Shown here: positions 36,979 to 50,055 of the stretch, piece by piece | Numbering within the stretch: position 1 is the stretch's first letter | Layout: the number at the start of each line of letters is the position of its first letter | Source of the DNA: Podarcis cretensis | Lineage: Eukaryota | Length of the DNA stretch: 64,000 bases | Reading direction: 5' to 3' | NCBI GenBank assembly: GCA_951804945.1 | Contig: OX638158.1 | Location: 31,062,001 to 31,126,000, forward strand | The notes under the pieces: generated by a model | Databases searched by the model: none | What the model was told of the DNA's origin: nothing | What the model saw: only the letters and a program-made list of their open reading frames with translations | Program-made: the position numbers and the translations under genes

Positions 36979-38319
36979 TAAGCAGTATCTAATATAAAAG
37001 GAAGCAGCATTGTTAAAAAGAAATGCTACCCAAAACCAGTAAAGTAGCAGCATAAAAGCACATTAAAACAAGAATCTAGGAGAATCAAATGCATGAAACG
37101 GGGTCTGATCTTGTGGCTCAAGGAAAGCCTTATATGAGGATAAGTTGTGCTCAAGTGAGGCAAGAGAACTCCCAGGGGCATCTAAAGATAGCTGAGCTAT
37201 TTTTAAGTTTTAAAATAAACTGATTTGATTTTTCCAAATGGAAGGCACAAGAACAATAGGAAGAATGTGAATTAAACAGCATGTCAATCCAATTTGCAAA
37301 GTCGCTTATTAAAGGGTTCCAAAAAACAGACTTTTTTTCCTGCCATGTTTTTCTAAATGTGTCCACGGTGATGAATGTTCATTCTGTCAAAAATGCGGGC
37401 TCTGTTGGCGCTTCACTGAAAATATTCTGACACCCCTTCTGAGACCTTCTACATTATTAGGGGCTATTTATGTGAACACCTGTAGTGATTATAGTTCCAA
37501 CAGAAAGCTATGATGAGAGCAACATTGGGACAGCCATCACGAGATATGAGAGTGTCTGTGAAAAATACTCTCTCTAGAGAAAAATAAACCCCTTTCCTTT
37601 GTCTTTTCAAGATTTTCCTTATGCTGTTGGAATCCAGCGTGTACAGATTCAACTGAAATACAGTTTTAAAGTGCAATAAACATTATAGGGTACTGCACAA
37701 TCCTCATTGTTCTGTGAAATGCTATTTCCTTACAGGTTACAAATGATAATTCTATTTGCTCCAAAATTTCTTGAGGTTTCATCTGTATTTATCACCCTGC
37801 TCCAACCACCCAGTTCCTTTAACATTTCTGATTTATTTATTTTTTAAATGCCAGCCTGCACAGCAGGGGGCTGTGAATAAAATGGCTTGCACAGCTCCAC
37901 TGTGATTTTGATATTTGAAGATCCGGAAGGAATCGTGCTCCAGAGACTTGCTGGAGACTCAAGGCTGCAGTCCTGTCTGCTGTGTGGGCCAAGAGCAGGT
38001 TGCCAGTGCAGCTTCCCATGAGGCTCCAGCTTAACTTCTCCTCTCCTGGCAATTCATCTTTGCAGCTGGCACTGTGCTGCAATGACTTCACAAGTTGTTC
38101 ACTTTTCAAATGAGGTTCCACCACTCCTCACAGGAGCCCAACTCGTGCCCATTGCTTCAGCTGAGAGCAGCCTTGTCCGAGCCTGGACAGAGTTCATATG
38201 CTGAAGTCCATATTCCCTGGCCCCCTCTCCTAACACGTCATACACCCCATTCTTCCAAATGTGGTCTGATATATTTATGTAACCTTTTATAATTAAAGGG
38301 CTCCTTTGGAAGGAAGGGT

Positions 38320-38656
38320 GGGACCCAGGTGGCGCTGTGGGTTAAACCACAGAGCCTAGGACTTGCCGATCAGAAGGTCGGCGGTTCAAATCCCCGTGAC
38401 GGGGTCAGCTCCCATTGCTTGGTCCCAGCTCCTGCCAACCTAGCAGTTCAAAAGCACGTCAAAGTGCAAGTAGATAAATAGGTACCGCTCTGGCGGGAAG
38501 GTAAACGGCATTTCCATGTGCTGCTCTGGTTCGCCAGAAGCAGCTTAGTCATGCTGGCCACATGACCCGGAAGCTGTACGCCAGCTCCCTCGGCCAATAA
38601 AGCGAGATGAACGCCGCAACCCCAGAGTCGGCCACGACTGGACCTAATGGTTAGGG
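38320..38656 (+). mobile_element. Sauria SINE lacking its tail
   Basis: Same head and core as the other copies. Confidence 0.9.
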
Positions 38657-38702
38657 ATGATCTCTATGTCATACTCTTATAGTGCTTAAGTGTGCATAAC
38701 TA

Positions 38703-38849
38703 GATAGCTCTGTTGGTAAGAGTGTGGTGCTGATAATGCCAAGGTTTCAGGTTTGATCCCTGTATGGGATAGCTGCATAATCCTGCCTTGCAGGGGGTTG
38801 GACTAGATGGTCCTCAGGGTCCCTTCCAGCTCTACAATTCTATGATTCT
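38703..38849 (+). mobile_element. Short SINE: tRNA-Ile-like head plus CR1 3' tail
   Basis: tagctctgttggtaagagtgtggtgctgataatgccaaggtttcaggtttgatccctgtatggg follows tRNA-Ile; tail ggttggactagatg...attctatgattct. Confidence 0.8.
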
Positions 38850-39957
38850 GTTTCTCTGTTCACCTCTGCCTCCCTCTCTCCTAGTCTTTGCTTGTCTCCT
38901 CTGTATTAAATTATAAGCCTCTTGGGAAAGGACTGGTCTTATAATCTGCAAAGAACCATGCCCCGTGATGGCACTATACAGTTGCTGCTGCTGTAATACT
39001 AATTATTATTTGTAACCAAAAATATTAATTACTGAGGGTAGAGCAGCCTTCTCCAACCTGGTACCTTCCAGATATCTTGGATTACAGACCCCATCACCCA
39101 AAGCCTGTGTTGGGTGAGGCTGATGGGTACTTAGTCCACAGCATCTGGAGGGCACCAGTTTAGGGACTATGTTTTGCTTCCTTTATTGGTGTGATTTTAT
39201 TGGTTTCTTTTTAGTTTTAACATTTAATAACATGAGGTAGATTTGCATTTCTGTATCTCTAAACTTTATTCCCCCGCCACCACTCATGTATGAAACTGAC
39301 TGCAGGACTGTGATTCTGGGATGTGGAGAGGTGCTGCTTTCATTCCTTCTTTTTGTGGTGGCCTGTGGCTGATACAAATAAACTTGACTTGATTAGACTT
39401 GATGGCTTCCTGAAGGGACTGACCTTCATGACCTTCACAAATTCAACTCCTCCTAGGTCAAAGCCTACCCTTTCAGTAACAGTAACAGCCAGGAGATTAC
39501 TCAAAGGCAGAACAAGTACAGAGCAGCACATAATGTTTTCAAATAGCAATTTATGTTTGCTCTTCAAGTGCAGGGCTTAAAATAGAGAGAGGCTGTTACG
39601 GGAATTATTGTGTATCTACTGAGAGTTGTGTTGGAACCTCCTCAGATTTGTGAGAAATCAGGAAGTGCTTAGTGGTCTGATTATTCCCAAGAATCAATAG
39701 GATCTCCCAGTTGCTCCCAACAGGGGCCCAATTCCCTCTTGTGAACTGGAAAGTCATAAATAACATCATCTACTAGATATATTATGGGTCTTGAAGAATA
39801 CACATATATTGAATTTTGTACAAATTGTACATTCTCTGGCATGATGGAGTTTATGCATATTGATCAGGACAGATTATGGACACATCCATCATCATGGACG
39901 GATAATGAACACATTCTCCATAAGGCCTGGTGAATGTGCACAAAGGCCAGGTGTTGT

Positions 39958-40030
39958 GCACATTAACCATTCAATTTACATTGCTTCCCCTAGCACATTA
40001 ACCATTCAATTTACAATGCTTCCCCTAGCA
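39958..40030. repeat. 35-bp tandem duplication
   Basis: gcacattaaccattcaatttaca(t/a)tgcttccccta twice. Confidence 0.9.
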
Positions 40031-40889
40031 TATACATTAAGTGCCAACTGAATGTTCCTCACAGTGGGAAGACAGAAGGACTATTGACTAGAATAGTGCT
40101 TCCACTTTAGTGGGGAACCACATTTTTGGTTTTGCTGTAGACACACTTGCAGATCCATCTTTATACACACTTGTGTATTACACAGCATCTCCAACATGCA
40201 GTGATCACATGTGACAACTCTTGAAATTCACTGAATTTCTACTTATCATTGAGGAACCACTTGGTCAGGAAATAGGATGGGTCACTTGAGGGGGAGGTAT
40301 GAATAGCAGAGAGGGAATTGGTAGGTGGAAAATGGAGAAGTAGAGAAGAAGACCCCCCATCAAGAAGGGGGAAAGACAAAGGAGTTTAATGAGAGGGCCA
40401 AGTTGTCCCCAAATGCTGTGGATGAAAGGTGGGTGATTATATAGATTGGAGATAAAAAGATGATGTTTGAGGAGGATGCTTTAAGTTACAGAGAATCAAG
40501 AAAAGATTTTTTGTAGAGTTTCCTTCTGGCTGTGAAAGAGAACAGAGCTGATTGTAAATCCATGCTGAGAGTCCCCAGCCATGTCAACAAATCCTTTTGA
40601 TTGATGTTATCAGAGGCAGCGAATAGATCTAAAAAGAATCAGCATGCACCCTTGACCTTATATGTTGCCATCATTGACTAATGGAGCCAGAAACTGAGGG
40701 TGGGGTGGGAGGAAATGCAATAATGTTTTGTGCCAAATGCAGTTATTCCAGAGAATTTACCTTTGCAGGAGGTAATCAAGAAGCAAGGTTGTGGTTGTTG
40801 TTTTAATATATTACCCATCCTTCACGCTAAAGTTTCAGGGTGTGTTAAAACCATTTACAACATAGAATTAAAAAAAAACCAGTTTAAAA

Positions 40890-41025
40890 CAGGCTTCCTC
40901 AACCTCTGCCCTCCAGATGTTTTTGGCCTACAACTCCCATGATCCCTAGCTAGCAGGACCAGTGGTCAGGGATGCTGGGAATCGTAGTCTCAAAACATCT
41001 CGAGGGCCAAGGTTGAGGAAGCCTG
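40890..41025. mobile_element. 136-bp palindromic hAT-type MITE
   Basis: TIR CAGGCTTCCTCAACC; perfect 8-bp TSD gtttaaaa. Confidence 0.9.
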
Positions 41026-41729
41026 GTTTAAAACAACTCACAATCTCAAATAATTTTTAGACTATTTAGTGGTCTTTGAAGTGAGAAAAGGAGGCCCAAA
41101 GCAGTTTCAAAGCAAGTTTAGACAGGGACTTGTAGCTATGTTACATCCTCAGTTTAATAAACTTTGGCACTCTTGTACTCCTTTCCTTATCCTGGTGTTT
41201 TTTCATGGAAGCCCTTCTGCACTGTTCCAGTTGACATCTTTGCACATAGCTGATGTAGCATATTGAATTATTCATACATCTTGGATTTTGGGGAGGGAGA
41301 TAATTTTGCAGGATTTAGAGGCTGGTTACAACATCCATGCAACAGAATCATGCAGCCATGTTTTGCGTTGTTGTACTGGAGTCCCAATACAACCTACGCT
41401 CTGAGAGGCTGCAAGGACTGGGTTGGATGGAACATGTACTTTCTTCACATGGCTACTTCTGCGTGCCACTCTCCCAACTGGGAACTTGACCTACAGTTGC
41501 CATATCAGAACTGAGTGAGGGCCTTTTTTCACGATCGTTTCAATATGCTACAGTTGTGTGCGGTGTCGGAATGTCCCATCAACCTCCAACTGGGCTTCTG
41601 GATAAAAAGCAGCAACCTCCAAGATCCCTTAAGGAGTGCATGTGAAGCATTGAAAGCCACGGTGAAGGAAGTCAAAGTTGGGTGTTCTCCCACCCCTACC
41701 AGCTGGGTTAGGCTACAAAGATCACTTCT

Positions 41730-42172
41730 TTTAAAAAAATATATATTATTGATTTTCTTTTCACATAACAAATATCCAGTATCATTACTAAACATTCATT
41801 TTTAAATTTCCACCCTCCCTGTTGACTTCCCTCATCTTCCATTTCTGGTTTATTACATCAAATGATATATTCTGCTGTTTGTATATAATACTATGTTATC
41901 ACATTGTTATACTTCTTGTTTTCTGTAAATAAAATTGCAAATGTTTATTCAAATCTTGCCAGTGAGTCCATTTTTTTTTGTTTTGTTTCTGCAGATATAT
42001 TGTGAAAGGTTCCCATTCTTTTTCAAAATCACTATTGTCCTTTTCACGCAGTTTGTCCGTTAACTTTGATAACTCTGCATAATTCATCAGTTTTTCTTGC
42101 CATTGTTCTTTTGATGGTACTTCTCCGGTCTTCCAGTTTTGTGCTATGAAAATTCTTGCTTCTCTTGTCGCA
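41730..42172 (-). mobile_element. L1-clade LINE 3' fragment
   Basis: YATREARIFIAQNWKTGEVPSKEQWQEKL...FEKEWEPF is a squamate L1 ORF2-like C-terminus; perfect 16-bp TSD tacaaagatcacttct. Confidence 0.85.
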
Positions 42173-45029
42173 TACAAAGATCACTTCTGGTAAGCTGGGC
42201 TGTGCACACATTCCTGCTCTCCCTCACATGGGATCGAGTGTGTGTGTTAATAATGCAATAAGGATTACTAGAAAGTTAGTGAAGTGCACTTGGGAAGAGG
42301 GTTTAAATGATTCTATGAATCTCTGCAAACCTCCCATCTCCTCTAGAGCCAAAATGTGACCCTCACTAGCATCATTTTAGGACGGCTGGGTTTTCGTAGC
42401 CCATAGTCTTCCTGGTTGCACTCAGAAGTATAAGTTGACGCAATAGTCAAATGCAAGAAATACATCAATCCAGGAGAAATTTCTAGAAGTCTTGGCACAA
42501 GAGCAACAAATTTCTAATATAAGCCTACTGAATTTAGTGTAGCTATGTCAGGAATGAATTTGCTCCCCCTTGCAAAGCAGAGGGGGAAAGTAAGCAGTGC
42601 ACACTACTCCCCTGCCCTGTAAAATATTAACCTCCTTATTTAAACAGGCTGGTAGCTCATAACAAACAGCAGCTGTTCACTGGCTGGGTTTGGAAGAGGC
42701 AAGGGGGTTCAGTATGCCAAAGCGGGAAGAAATTGTTCTTTAATAAAACACACACAACATAAAATACTTGTGTATCTGATGGGTCAGAGCTCCCACATTA
42801 CCTTTCATTTTTTGCAAATGCACTTGAAAATCAGTTAACTTGTACTTTGCAAGAAAATTTTTTAACCCCCGCAACTCATAATTTGCCCTCTTCTCAAGAA
42901 TCTATACCTGAATGGCATGGTGATGTTTCATCTGAGAATGATTTCATTATTTTTGCAAGGGAGTACTGAAGCAAGGGAGCATTGGCATCAATAATTGAAG
43001 CCAAAATGTGCATGTTAAATAAATGAACAAAGTACATCTGTTGGTGCACGAGCCCCACTTTTTAATGTTATTGTCTTTGTTCACTTGCTACTAATTTGCA
43101 AAATGAATCTGTGGGGGATGGGGAGAGGAGAGAGAGATTGCATAGCAACATGAGAGGAAGCAATGTTGTGAGCTTACAAGGATTGTAGTTAAGGTTTTTC
43201 ACAGTCACTGCCTACCTTACAACGGCACATTAATGCTGGGTATCTCTTTGCAGGGAAAAGTAAGATTACATGGATGTACTGTAATGTTTCGGAGGTGTTT
43301 GACAGTGGAAAAATTTGTTCCCTTGTACCACCTAGACTCTCTTGTACTCTTATGCTGTAGTAATTGCCTTGCAAGGACTTTTGAAAGCTTAGCCACATTT
43401 CCATTCAAGTTTCGTTGCTGGGATTTAGATGAAGAAGCTCTACAGCTCTAACAGCAGCATTTATAAGCACTGTAGGCATTTTTGGGAAAGAACAGCAAAA
43501 TGTACCGACATATGCATGTATATATATGCATATGTATATGTACTGGATTTACAAATAGAAGGAGTTGTGGTGATATCATAAACTGCTTGAAGCTGAGTAT
43601 ATTGCCAATATTTCATAATGAAAGATCTTATTTTACCTCCTGGCAATTACATTGATTGCAGTTGTCTACACAGCAAATTGCTGTTAATGCTATTGAGGGG
43701 ATAATTTTCTTCTAGTGATATTTCTCTTTTCAGGTCTCCTTGCTTGCCAGGTAGCTTTTGGTGGAGAGATGTAGTGTGCATTATCAAGTGCTCTGAAATT
43801 TGGTGCTAAAGTTCAGTTTCTGGGCTTGGAATAGTGTGGATTTGGAATTCAGGACCAAGGCCAGCAACTAAGTGGGCTTAGGTATTATTCCAGCATCAGA
43901 GAGGAGCCCTTTTGAGCACTGAACTACTGCTTATTTTGATCATGGCGAGAGAAATTCCCACAAGTGCCTATTGCTTGGCATAAAAAATATAATACTAAGA
44001 AATAAAAAAGTAACCATTTGCTGCCTTTTTATGAAACCCAAAATCAACTGCCTGAGGCATTTGCTTCACTCTGTCTAATGATAGAGCTGGCTCCCATGAA
44101 ATCTCCTAAGGGCAATAGAACAGCAATGCAGTCACATATACGAAATAGATAATGGCATGACTTAGATTACAATATTTAATAAGCAGGGTTCCGTTTTCAA
44201 TGTTTGCAGATGTCCAGATTATATAAAATATTTTTCACACTGTTCCTATAAGCATTCAGTGAAAAGTAAGTCCTGCCAAGTAGTTTCTGGAATTGCAGCT
44301 GTAGAAAGCAACCTCTTTCTTCCTCAGCTAGGCATCTGTTGCAAGTGTCCATGGAGACAGCACTTCAGCAGCTAGCTGAACTGTGGCTTGTTAGGAAAAT
44401 CTACTTCTTAATTAAGCAAAGAAGCCCTTTGATTTGGAGTAGGTCTGACCCACCAAGCCAAACACAGCTCATGATCTTTGTCAGCCTCCCTCTAGTGGTG
44501 CCCTCTGGTGCCCTCTAGATGTTGTTGGATTACAACTCCTACCAATTAGGTCAGTTTTTTGACACGATGATGGGCTGGATGTGGGCTGATAAATGTGGAG
44601 TGGGGGAGATGGCCTGGCCTGGACGCAGTTGTAGGAGCAGGTCTGTAGCTTGGGGTGCTTGTGGATCCAACACTGTCCCCAGGGACTCAGGGGCTCTGAG
44701 TGCCCTTTCCCACCTATGGCTGGTTCACCAGCTACAGCCGCTTTTGGATGGAAATGACTTGGCTGCTGTACTCCATGCTCCTGATCAGTTCCAGACTGGA
44801 AGCTCTCCTTGGGCTCTCCTTGAAGGTCTCTTGAAAGCTTCAACCAGAGCAAAATGCAGCAGCCAGATTACTGGCTGAGGTTCCTTTTAGAATATTTAGA
44901 TCTGGAGTTGCTTTTAGTACTTTTAAAAGAACTTTTAGAGCTTTTAGAACATGGGTCTATGCTTTAAAACAGCTGCATTGGTTGTCAGTTTGTTTTGGAT
45001 CCAATTCAAAGAGCTCACATTAGCATTAT

Positions 45030-45480
45030 AGTATTATTAGTATTTTAATATTTTAATGTTTCAATATTTTAATGTTGTATTTTAATTTTGTTTTTAAGTT
45101 GTATTCATTCAACTTGTTTTTATTATTGCTTGTTAGCCGCCCTGAGCCCGGCCTTGGCTGGGGAGGGCGGGATATAAATAAAAATTATTATTATTGTTGT
45201 TGTTGTTATTGTTATTATTATGCCCTAAGTGACTTGGGCCTTCGAATAGCTGAAAGACGGCCTCCTTCCCTACAGATCCCCTTGAGTTTTAAGTTCAGCA
45301 GAGGGCTCTCCTTGGTAGCTCCACTATCCCCTGGAAGCTCAGGAGTGGCCTGGCAGAGGATATTCTTTGTAGAAGCTCCTAAATTGTGGAATTCCTTCCC
45401 CATAGAGAGCATCTGGCACCTTCACTATACAGTTTCCAGCAAATGCTGAATATGCATCTCTTTACCCCAGCCTTTGACCA
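45030..45480 (+). mobile_element. L2-type 3' end with TTA tail, followed by a degraded L2 fragment
   Basis: ttgttagccgccctgagcc...gggcgggatataaataaa terminus; downstream RIFFVEAPKLWNSFP. Confidence 0.6.
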
Positions 45481-45611
45481 TTGAGGTGCATATTTTTGGG
45501 ACTCACTCCATCCAAATGGTTGAGACCCAGCCGTGAATGAAGGGTAGGTAATAAATCAAATTAATAACAGTAATCCGGGACCATTGGCAATGCTGGCTGC
45601 GTCTGAAGGTG

Positions 45612-46235
45612 CAACCACATTGGAAATGCTGTGTACGGTTCTGATCATCTCACCTCCAAAAGGATATTGTAGAGTTGGAAAGGTATAGAAAAGGGCAACC
45701 GGAACGATCGAGGGGATGGAGCAATTCCCCTGTGAGGAGCGGTTTCAGCATTTGGGACTTTTTAGTTTAGAGAAAAGGTGAATAAGAGGTGACATGACAG
45801 AAGTTTATAAAAGTACACATGGCATGGAGACAGTTGATATGAGAGGATGAGAGAAGCTTTTCTCTGACACTAGATCTCTTGGACATTCAATGAAGCTGAA
45901 TGTTTGAAGGTTCAGGGCAGATAAAGGAAAGGACTTTTTCACACAGCACATAGTTGAACTATGGAACTGGTTCCCACAGGAGTCATTAATGACCCACCAG
46001 CATGGATGACTATAAAAAGAAGATTAGAGAAATTCATAGAGGACGAGGCTATAAACGGCTACTACCCACAATGGCTCTGTTCTACCTCTGCTATTGGAGG
46101 CATGCTGCCTTTGAATACCAGTTGCTGGGAACTGCAGGAGGGCAAAGTGCTCTTGGGCTCAAGTCCTGCTTGCAAGCTTCCCAGGGGCATCTGGCTGGCC
46201 ACTGTGAGAAAAGGATGCTGGATTCGGTGGACCAT
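45612..46235 (+). mobile_element. CR1 LINE 3' fragment (decayed ORF2 end plus 3'UTR)
   Basis: aaggatattgtagagttggaaagg...agggcaacc; aagaggtgacatgacagaagtttataaa; ttcacacagc...gaactatggaact. Confidence 0.85.
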
Positions 46236-47371
46236 TATTTTGTTGAATATTTGGTTGAATATTCTTCCCACCTACCATTGTTAATATAGTAAATCATTTT
46301 GTACTGCTGTACACATGTCCTTCCAGGCTCCAAATTAAAGGCTAGTTTATTATGCCACCACCCCCCGGAAGTATGGCCGTGAATGTGTGTATACCACTCT
46401 TTCAGTATGTCATGGTAATTAAAAGCAAACAATAAGCTTTTAGGATTCACGAGGCTGCACTGGCAGACATTCTCAAGAGCAGCACTTAAAATGGATTAAT
46501 TAATCTTTAACAGACTTTAAACATTCTGTTGTTCCTACTACACTGTGGTTAAAAGCCTGGTAAAAGGGTTCATTTTTCTTCCATTTTTTAAAATGCGTGC
46601 GCAGTCTACAAAACTGTTGGTAAGAGTGTTCCAATTACTTAATACAAACTCAAAGAGCGCATCAATGCAGGATTATGCTTATTTTTCCAGGCACGGCCCT
46701 GTTGTTAGGTATGGTGATGTGACAGATTTTAGAAATAATTAAAGGGAAGCAAAAGGAGAATTATTAGTATGTTGCAATTTCTTTCTGCCCTGGGGAGCAC
46801 CCAGGGAGCGATTTATTTTCACAGGTACAAAAATACATAAATGTATGTATGCATAATTTTATTTGTCCACCGCATTTCTATAGTTCAAACCCTGCTCAAA
46901 GTGGCTTATGACATGAAAAAATACGTAACGACAACATAACAAATGTAGTCATAAACCATAAATAAACCATTAAAAGAATACACAACCAAGCTGAACAATT
47001 TCAACATAAATCACAATGACATCTATAATAAAGATACCAAAAACCAACAGCAACAACTGCCCCCCCCAAAAAAAAACTCCCCAAAGAATACCTCAGCTCA
47101 AGATGAGGTTCTGCAGCCTCATCCCTTTTAGCTGGAATCAGTCAGGGCTCTGCCCTCTCAGTCGAGATGGGAAAAGGCCTGCAAGGCAGGGAAGCGGGTC
47201 TCCCAGAACTCATAGCCAAGATGGTAGAGGTTACACTGATTGTGTCCTTCATAGATATGCTTTGGAACGGGGCGTGATTAGAGCTGACATACTCCCCAGA
47301 TTCCCCACCAGCACAAGATTCTGAGCTTAAATACTTGACAGATATTCAATATATTTATTTGCTTCTTTGAT

Positions 47372-47545
47372 TGGTGCAGTGGTTAAGAGTCTTGGACTAG
47401 GACCTGGGAAACCAGGGTTCAAATCCTCACTTGGCCATGAAGCTCATTGAGCAAGTCACTGCCTCTCAGCCTAATTCACCTCACAGGGGAGAACCATGTG
47501 TGCCAGACTGAGCCCTTTGGAGACAAAGGTGGCATATAAATGCAA
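47372..47545 (+). mobile_element. Older MIR/CORE-like SINE
   Basis: tggtgcagtggttaagag...gggttcaaatcc tRNA-like head and caagtcactgcctctcagcct core. Confidence 0.7.
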
Positions 47546-47979
47546 TCCATCAATGAAACAAATATCCCATATACTTCCGATACCTCTGCAGTGTTCAAGT
47601 TGGCTTGGGGGTCTGAAACCCAAAACAATCCCTTAACAGAAATAAAACAGCAGCATGAAAACTGCTGTGCACAAAAAATAGCATAAAATGAGGGTCTGCC
47701 TACCTACCTACCACATGGAAACCATCTAGTAAGGCAAAGTTTTGCTACTTTAATCACGCGGCAAAAAACTGTGAGGAAGGGGGAAGCTATCACAAGGTAA
47801 AGTGTTCCATGATTTGAGTGCAGCCACCAAGAAGGCTCTCTCCCAATCAAACATGTCTCAGCCACAGCTGGGACATGAGACGCCTACAGACAACCTATTT
47901 ATTGAGCATTCTTTCCTGTTTGCTTGCACAAAACTTATGTGGCAGTAAAATTACATCCAGTCTTTGTTGAGCAATTGTT

Positions 47980-48499
47980 TTTTTTCTTTTCAGTTTTAGA
48001 TTTTTACTTTTTTTAAAAACAACTTTTTTTATTCAAAATTAAAACAAAACATATTATCCAGAAACATATCATCCTTATTTCTCACCACATTTTCCTCCCA
48101 CCCACCCACACAAAACCCCCCCACCCCCACCCCCGACTTCCCTCAGTTCCAGTCTTTGATTTCTCTAAGAATGCTGTTTTCTGCATGTTACACAGCTGTA
48201 TAGATCCTCAAACTATTTAGCTGATTATTATCAATAAAAAGTTTGTGAATGTTTATTCAAAGCCAGCCAAGGAATCCAGTTCGCTTTGTTGCATCTTCAA
48301 ATACTTTGTAAAGGGTTCCCATTCATCTTTAAAGTCACAGTGATCCTTGTCCCGTAGCTTATATGTCAGTTTTGCCACTTCTGCATAGTCCATCAATTTT
48401 TCTTACCATGATTCTTTAGTTGGGGTTTCTTCAGTCTTCCATCCTTGTGCTATTAAAACTCTCACGGCCGTTGTCGCATAAATAAAGATGTTTTTCAGC
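47980..48499 (-). mobile_element. L1-clade LINE 3' fragment, related family
   Basis: T-rich tail, similarity to 41730-42172 (ttgtcgcata, ttcccattc), perfect 16-bp TSD ttgttgagcaattgtt. Confidence 0.85.
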
Positions 48500-48748
48500 T
48501 TGTTGAGCAATTGTTCTGATTGGTTTGTGGGGTGGTAAAAAAGAGAGTATTTGTCCTGATGTGCTTTCATGGTGTTTACATGTCTTCCTGCTAGTCATTT
48601 GTTCATTCCACACTTTTCAATGCATTTCCCCATCACTTTCCAAACTGCAAAAACTCCTGTTTTCGTCATAATAAAAAGCTGCCTTTTTTGTTCTAGAGTA
48701 AAGTAGTACTTTAATCTACTTCAAATGCCCAAACCTAAGGTTCTAATG

Positions 48749-48884
48749 CAGGCATCCCCAACCTTCAGCCCTCCAGATGTTTTGGCCTACAATTCCCATC
48801 ATCCCCAACCACTGGTCCTGTTAGCTAGGGATCATGGGAGTTGTAGGCCAAAACATCTGGAGGGCCAAAGGTTGGGGATGCCTG
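48749..48884. mobile_element. 136-bp palindromic hAT-type MITE
   Basis: TIR CAGGCATCCCCAACCTT; TSD ttctaatg/ttcttatg. Confidence 0.9.
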
Positions 48885-49821
48885 TTCTTATGTATACTTG
48901 AACACACATACCACCCCTTCCCCACAAAATATTGGTGGTCTGGAGGCAGCCAGGTGGAGAAGGACATCTCCAGCAGATCTTAGAGAACATGTAGGAGGAG
49001 TTGGCCCTCAGGCATCCAGGACTCTCTAGCCACTTAGGGTTTTAAAGGTAATTGTCAACACTTTGAATTGTACCCAGAAACAAACTGGCAGCCTGTCATT
49101 CATTCATTCATTCATGCTATGAAAAAGTGGGTGAGTGCCCACTGATATCCTTGCTGCTACATTCTAGACCGAATGAAGCTTCAAGGTAACTTCATGTAGG
49201 ATGCCTTATAGTAATGAAGCTGAGTTACTGCCATCTAATTTTCTCAAGGATGGGAGCAGCTGGCTCAGCAGTGTGAGATGGGCAAAGGCACCTCTGGTGA
49301 CAGCTGCTATCTGGGTATCCAGAACCTGTCATATCCAGGATCATCCCCCGATTGCAAATCTGACTTTTCATGGGAAGTGCTATTCCATCCAAAGTAGGAT
49401 GACCCAATGTCCACCTCTTTCCTGATCATCTTTCCCCGCTACTTCTCTAGATTAAGCTGCAGCAGGATTTGAGAGGCAATGCTCTATTTGATTTCTAATG
49501 TATATCCTAAGTAGCATTTTGGTTACATTCCAGCTTTGCAAAGTCAAAAATTAATTTGCATGTACAGGCACCTCTTCATCAACCCCTCAGGCAAGCAAGA
49601 GGCCCTGTCACAATTCATAGACCCCTCCACTTAAGCAAAAGCTCCGAAGGAGGGCAGAGAGAGTGGGCCAGTAAAGAGGGTGGCCTGGGGAGAAGGGCAG
49701 CTATGGAGGACTCACATCCCCATAGAGTCCTCTAGCTGTACTCTATATAAAATACAGCTTGCTATTTATCATATATATTTGCCACTTGATAGCTGAAATT
49801 CAGTACTGGAAACTTGTGATA

Positions 49822-50055
49822 CAGTGATACCTCGGGTTACAGACGCTTCAGGTTACAGATGCTTCAGGTTACAGACTCCGCTAACGCAGAAATAGTACCT
49901 CGGGTTAAGAACTATGCTTCAGGATGAGAACAGAAATCGTGTGGCGGCAGCAGCGGGAGGCCCCATTAGCTAAAGTGGTACCTCAGGTTAAGAACAGTTT
50001 CAGCTTAAGTACGGACCTCCAGAACGAATTAAGTTCTTAACCTGAGGTACCACTG
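49822..50055. mobile_element. Tc1/mariner MITE, same family, opposite orientation
   Basis: TA TSD and same TIRs. Confidence 0.88.
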
